Notes under the pieces: model-generated | What the model was told of the DNA's origin: nothing | What the model saw: only the letters and a program-made list of their open reading frames with translations | Databases searched by the model: none | Shown: positions 23,656 through 27,042 of the stretch, piece by piece | How the letters are laid out: each line of letters begins with the position of its first letter | Numbering within the stretch: the stretch's first letter is position 1 | IMG/VR virus record: IMGVR_UViG_3300045189_000033 | Coordinates: 1 to 27,042 of that record | Origin: a virus | Lineage: Duplodnaviria > Caudoviricetes | Length of the DNA stretch: 27,042 nucleotides | Direction: 5' to 3' (one strand) | Made by a program: the position numbers and the translations under genes

Positions 23656-25605
23656 GTGACTGTCCCCGAAAATTCGAACATCCGGACCGAAGCCGTAGGC
23701 AACGGCATCACGGTCGTTTTCCCCTTCGACTTTCTGTGCCTGGAGGCCCGGGATCTTCAGGTTTCCGTCTCGGGCACGGTTCTCCCGCCATCGCAATACA
23801 GTGTCAGCGGCCTGGGCCAGTTGCAGGGCGGATCCGTCACCTTCGCTTCCCCGCCAGCCGCTGGGGCGCCGATCCTGATGGAATTGGCAGTTGTCGCGGC
23901 ACGCGCCATTGACTACCAGGACTACGGCGACCTGTTCGCCGGTACGGTGAACTTCGATTTCGACCGCCTGTGGCTGGCGATCAAGAGCGCCTTCGGCTGG
24001 ATTCGGCGCGCCCTGGTGCTGGGCCCGTACGACGTGGACGGCCATGGCAGCTACCGCGCCAACAACAACCGCATCCAAGACCTGGCCGACCCTGCGGCGG
24101 ACCAAGACGCCGTCAACCGGCGCTCCATGTTCGCGTTCGTCACGGACTATGTGGACAAGGCTATCGCCGGCGTCGTCGGCGGCTTCGGCTGGTTTCTGCA
24201 AGCTGGCATTGGCGCGATCTTCCGCACGTTCCAGGACAAGATGCGGGACTTCGTCAACGTGAAGGATTTCGGCGCGGTTTTGGACGGAGTGACCGATGAC
24301 ACTATCCCGCTCCAAAGGGCTCTCGCCACAGGCAAAAAAGTGCGTGTGTTAGGGATTGCCAACGTCACTGACACCCTGACGTGGGCCGTAGACGGGCAGG
24401 TGCTATCAGGTGATGGCAAAGACGGCCAATCTGTGATCATCAATAACACGAATGACAAACCCCTGTTCGCCAGTTCTGTCGGGTCCGGGGCTGTCTATCG
24501 TCGGCGATGCGGGATCGAAGGCATTTCATTTGTAGGAAATCCCCTTACTACTCGGGGCGTTGACTTTCGCGGGTTGTCCGATGGTTTGACAGGGGACGCT
24601 GACAAATCATGCTTCATGCGAGACGTGCGGATATTTGGTGTAGGCGCAGGGCCCGCGTTCCGTGTGAATAGCTGGTCCAACAATTTCTACAACGTCGAGT
24701 TGTGGGAGAACTACCAGGGGCTGCATGTTGACACGGGCGGCAACGCCTTAGGTTTTGATGGGCTTTACGTCAGCAATTGCACTGCCGAGGCGCTGCTTAT
24801 CACGGGAACGCCGGGTTCGATAACGTTCAAAAATTGCGTATTCCAATACAGCGGCGGCACCAACTATATGTTGGATATCCAGGGCGGATACTCGATCAAT
24901 TTCATCGGCACCTACCTGGAACAGAGCACGGCGCCCCTCGGAGTTGTTGGCGTTTCCAACTTGGCAAAGAGTGTCAATTTCAAAGGCACGTTTCACAACC
25001 TGGTTGCGGGCACGGCGAACGTTCCGATTATCACGTCGAGCATCAAGCAGGTCTCCGTGGACGATATCTTCCACGCTGGCGGCGCGATGGCGAGCTTCCT
25101 TCAACTTACCGGCACGCTACCCCTCGGCCGCCTGTCTGGCTACTTCGTGGGCGCTGGCTCTGTTACTACGCCACTCGATGATCAATCCACGCGCAAGGCC
25201 GGAATTCTTATTGAGGGTTCAGGTAGTCGCTTTGGGCCTACCGCATATCGCGGTCTGATCGGTGAAAGCCTGATCGAACTGCGCCGCAGCGACACGGACG
25301 CCGTCGTCGGCTTCTGGGATGGCACCGGGAAGATGTTCTTCGGGCCTGACACCACGGTGCCTGCGTTGTCGCGCTCCGGGGGCACCCTGTCCATGACCTA
25401 CGGCGCGGGCACCGGCACCTTCCGCGCACCACAACTCGGGCTTGGCGCGACGGGTGGCCCTATTTGGCTTTCAGGAGCAACAAGCCCGGAAGGCGCAAAT
25501 ACCGCGTCTCCTGGCAGCCTCTACTCGCGCACATCTGGTGGGGCAAACACGACGCTGTACGTCAAGGAAATCGGAACGGGCAATACGGGATGGGTCGCAA
25601 AATGA
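23656..25605 (+). CDS. Tailspike/tail fibre: T7-gp17-like N-terminal anchor plus pectate-lyase-like beta-helix
   Basis: GTG 23656 with GGAG SD; GNGITVVFPFDF anchor; VNVKDFGAVLDGVTDDT motif; Asn/Gly-rich beta-helix rungs. Confidence 0.88.
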   Translation: MTVPENSNIRTEAVGNGITVVFPFDFLCLEARDLQVSVSGTVLPPSQYSVSGLGQLQGGSVTFASPPAAGAPILMELAVVAARAIDYQDYGDLFAGTVNFDFDRLWLAIKSAFGWIRRALVLGPYDVDGHGSYRANNNRIQDLADPAADQDAVNRRSMFAFVTDYVDKAIAGVVGGFGWFLQAGIGAIFRTFQDKMRDFVNVKDFGAVLDGVTDDTIPLQRALATGKKVRVLGIANVTDTLTWAVDGQVLSGDGKDGQSVIINNTNDKPLFASSVGSGAVYRRRCGIEGISFVGNPLTTRGVDFRGLSDGLTGDADKSCFMRDVRIFGVGAGPAFRVNSWSNNFYNVELWENYQGLHVDTGGNALGFDGLYVSNCTAEALLITGTPGSITFKNCVFQYSGGTNYMLDIQGGYSINFIGTYLEQSTAPLGVVGVSNLAKSVNFKGTFHNLVAGTANVPIITSSIKQVSVDDIFHAGGAMASFLQLTGTLPLGRLSGYFVGAGSVTTPLDDQSTRKAGILIEGSGSRFGPTAYRGLIGESLIELRRSDTDAVVGFWDGTGKMFFGPDTTVPALSRSGGTLSMTYGAGTGTFRAPQLGLGATGGPIWLSGATSPEGANTASPGSLYSRTSGGANTTLYVKEIGTGNTGWVAK

Positions 25606-25799
25606 AAGTCATCAGACTGAACGGCATCGTCATCAATATCGGCGACTGGGATTACGGCCTGGTCGAGGTCGACCACGGACTGACCGACATAACAAATCCA
25701 CTCCCCGAAGGCGCAGTGGAATCCGACGAAGAGGTTGTGACGGGCTGGGATGGCGGCCTGTACCTGCACGATGATCCGCGGCGGCTGGGACCGGCATGA
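25602..25799 (+). CDS. Small acidic protein coupled to the tailspike (65 aa)
   Basis: ATGA overlap with the tailspike stop; sequence starts MKVIRLNGIVINIGDWDY. Confidence 0.7.
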   Translation: MKVIRLNGIVINIGDWDYGLVEVDHGLTDITNPLPEGAVESDEEVVTGWDGGLYLHDDPRRLGPA

Positions 25800-25841
25800 G
25801 CGACCAATATCTGACCGACGCGTTTACCGACGGGAGTCACC

Positions 25842-26108
25842 ATGCCCCAAAGGATCATAAAAATGAAGTTCAGTGATTCGGCCGTTGACGCCCTTGGGAT
25901 CGCACTGTCCTCGCGCGCCACGCCCGTGGCCGGTGCCGCCAGCCTGGTGGCATCGATGGCAGATTGGAATTGGACGGCGATCATTGCCGGCGTGGCCACA
26001 GTCGTGGGTCTGGCCGCAAACCTGTATTTTCAGGTTCGTCGTGACCGCCGGGAAAGTGCCGAGAGCCGGGAGCGGGTTGCCGCGCTGCGCGAACGGTGTG
26101 GTCTATGA
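25842..26108 (+). CDS. Holin (probable pinholin)
   Basis: Hydrophobic helices, basic C-terminus RRDRRE; overlaps the endolysin start. Confidence 0.82.
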   Translation: MPQRIIKMKFSDSAVDALGIALSSRATPVAGAASLVASMADWNWTAIIAGVATVVGLAANLYFQVRRDRRESAESRERVAALRERCGL

Positions 26109-26620
26109 GCTTGCGCCAACGGCTTGCGGTGGGCCTACTGTCGCTGAGTGCAGTCGGCTTTGCTGCCTGGCAGGCGTCGGAGGGCTTTACGCCTACGCCT
26201 GTCATTCCAACCAGGGGCGACGTGCCGACGATAGGCCACGGCAGCACGCGCTACGAGGACGGCACGCCGGTGCGCATGACCGATCCGCCCATCACCCGGC
26301 AGCGGGCGGCAGAACTGGCGCGCAACCTGGGCAGCGACCAGCACCGATGCTTGGTGCGCACGCTGCCGGGCGTGAAGTTGAGCCAAGCCGAGTACGACGA
26401 ATATCACGATTTCGTCGGGCAATACGGTTGCGGCAACTGGCAGAAGCCGAAATCGCCACGCACTTGGTTGCTTCGTGGCGACTACCGGCAGGCATGTGAC
26501 GCACTGCTGAACTGGCGATTTGTCGACGGGTTCGATTGCTCGACGCCGGGGAACAGGATCTGCCGCGGCGTCTGGACGCGCCAGCTTGAGAGGCATGCCA
26601 AGTGTATGGCGGCGCAATGA
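26105..26620 (+). CDS. GH24 lysozyme endolysin with SAR-like N-terminus
   Basis: RQRLAVGLLSLSAVGFAAW followed by catalytic EG...GDVPTIGHGST; C-terminal GVWTRQ. Confidence 0.92.
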   Translation: MSLRQRLAVGLLSLSAVGFAAWQASEGFTPTPVIPTRGDVPTIGHGSTRYEDGTPVRMTDPPITRQRAAELARNLGSDQHRCLVRTLPGVKLSQAEYDEYHDFVGQYGCGNWQKPKSPRTWLLRGDYRQACDALLNWRFVDGFDCSTPGNRICRGVWTRQLERHAKCMAAQ

Positions 26621-27042
26621 TCGCCGGTTGGAAGGGCTATGTCGTTGCCGCCGTGATTGGTGCAGCGCTGCTAGCCGCGGCGGTGCTGGAACGCCAGTGG
26701 TACGGGGCGCGCCAGTTCCTCGCCGGTGGTGACGCCCGGCAGGTCGAGATCGAAAAGCGCCAGGCCGCCATCGAGCGAGCTTGGCAGGAGGAAAGAGACC
26801 GTGCTGATGCCAAACACCGCAGCGCCGTCCTTGCGCGGCAGAAAACTGAATCGAAGTTGGCCCAGGTTGAGCGCGATCGTGATGCCGCTTTTGTCCGTAT
26901 TGACGGGCTGCGCAAGCAACTTGCCGCCCGGGGCACCGAGGCATCCTACGCCGGCCGCAGACCTGATGGCGCCAGCCCCGACTGGTTCGGCTTATTTGGA
27001 GAGTGTCTCGCCCGCGCTGAAAGCCTTGGACGACGACTTGGC
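26617..27042 (+). CDS. Rz-like inner-membrane spanin (partial)
   Basis: ATGA-coupled; N-terminal transmembrane segment (YVVAAVIGAALLAAAVL) then coiled coil; open to the window end. Confidence 0.75.
   Translation, partial: MIAGWKGYVVAAVIGAALLAAAVLERQWYGARQFLAGGDARQVEIEKRQAAIERAWQEERDRADAKHRSAVLARQKTESKLAQVERDRDAAFVRIDGLRKQLAARGTEASYAGRRPDGASPDWFGLFGECLARAESLGRRLG

Larger units (their letters stand above)
1..27042. mobile_element. Temperate podovirus-type phage/prophage region (both ends outside window)
   Basis: Contiguous immunity, replication, head, short-tail, terminase, tailspike and lysis modules. No tape measure or tail tube gene, no host genes, and no integrase or att site in the window. 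Confidence 0.95.

Noticed and set aside
25814-25832. ACCGACG direct repeat upstream of the holin
   Set aside because: Two 7-bp copies in GC-rich DNA with no other support.
23656-25840. BPP-1-type diversity-generating retroelement
   Set aside because: No reverse transcriptase and no VR/TR repeat pair seen in the window; the fibre is a beta-helix spike, not Mtd-like.
20166-26456. Partial matches to the late-promoter palindrome (~20167, ~26446)
   Set aside because: Half-sites only, within coding sequence.

Overview
This GC-rich window is most of a temperate podovirus-type (pro)phage; a Betaproteobacterial host is an inference. From left to right it holds the start of a leftward early operon, then a lambdoid switch: a short HTH-only repressor, cro and cII, five 15-bp operators, pL/pR/pRM-like promoters and a boxA. 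Next come a DUF1376-type replication initiator with internal iterons, a RuvC-like resolvase and a small HTH protein. A T7/BPP-1-like virion module follows (portal, scaffold, capsid, adaptor, nozzle, GNAT, four ejection proteins), then terminase, a beta-helix tailspike and a holin/SAR-endolysin/spanin cassette that runs off the end. Two signals stand out. (1) An apparently non-coding ~430-nt element (515-940) lies in the pL transcript directly after boxA; it is closed by a 27-bp long-range stem and packed with nested helices whose G-U pairs favour the transcribed minus strand, so it is a candidate large phage ncRNA. (2) Three identical GCCGAGATTTCGGC palindromes are each followed after exactly 13 bp by GAnnAT; they look like an activator-dependent late-promoter system, with the adjacent HTH gene as candidate activator. 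All calls were made by eye from motifs and synteny; no database searches or folding programs were run.
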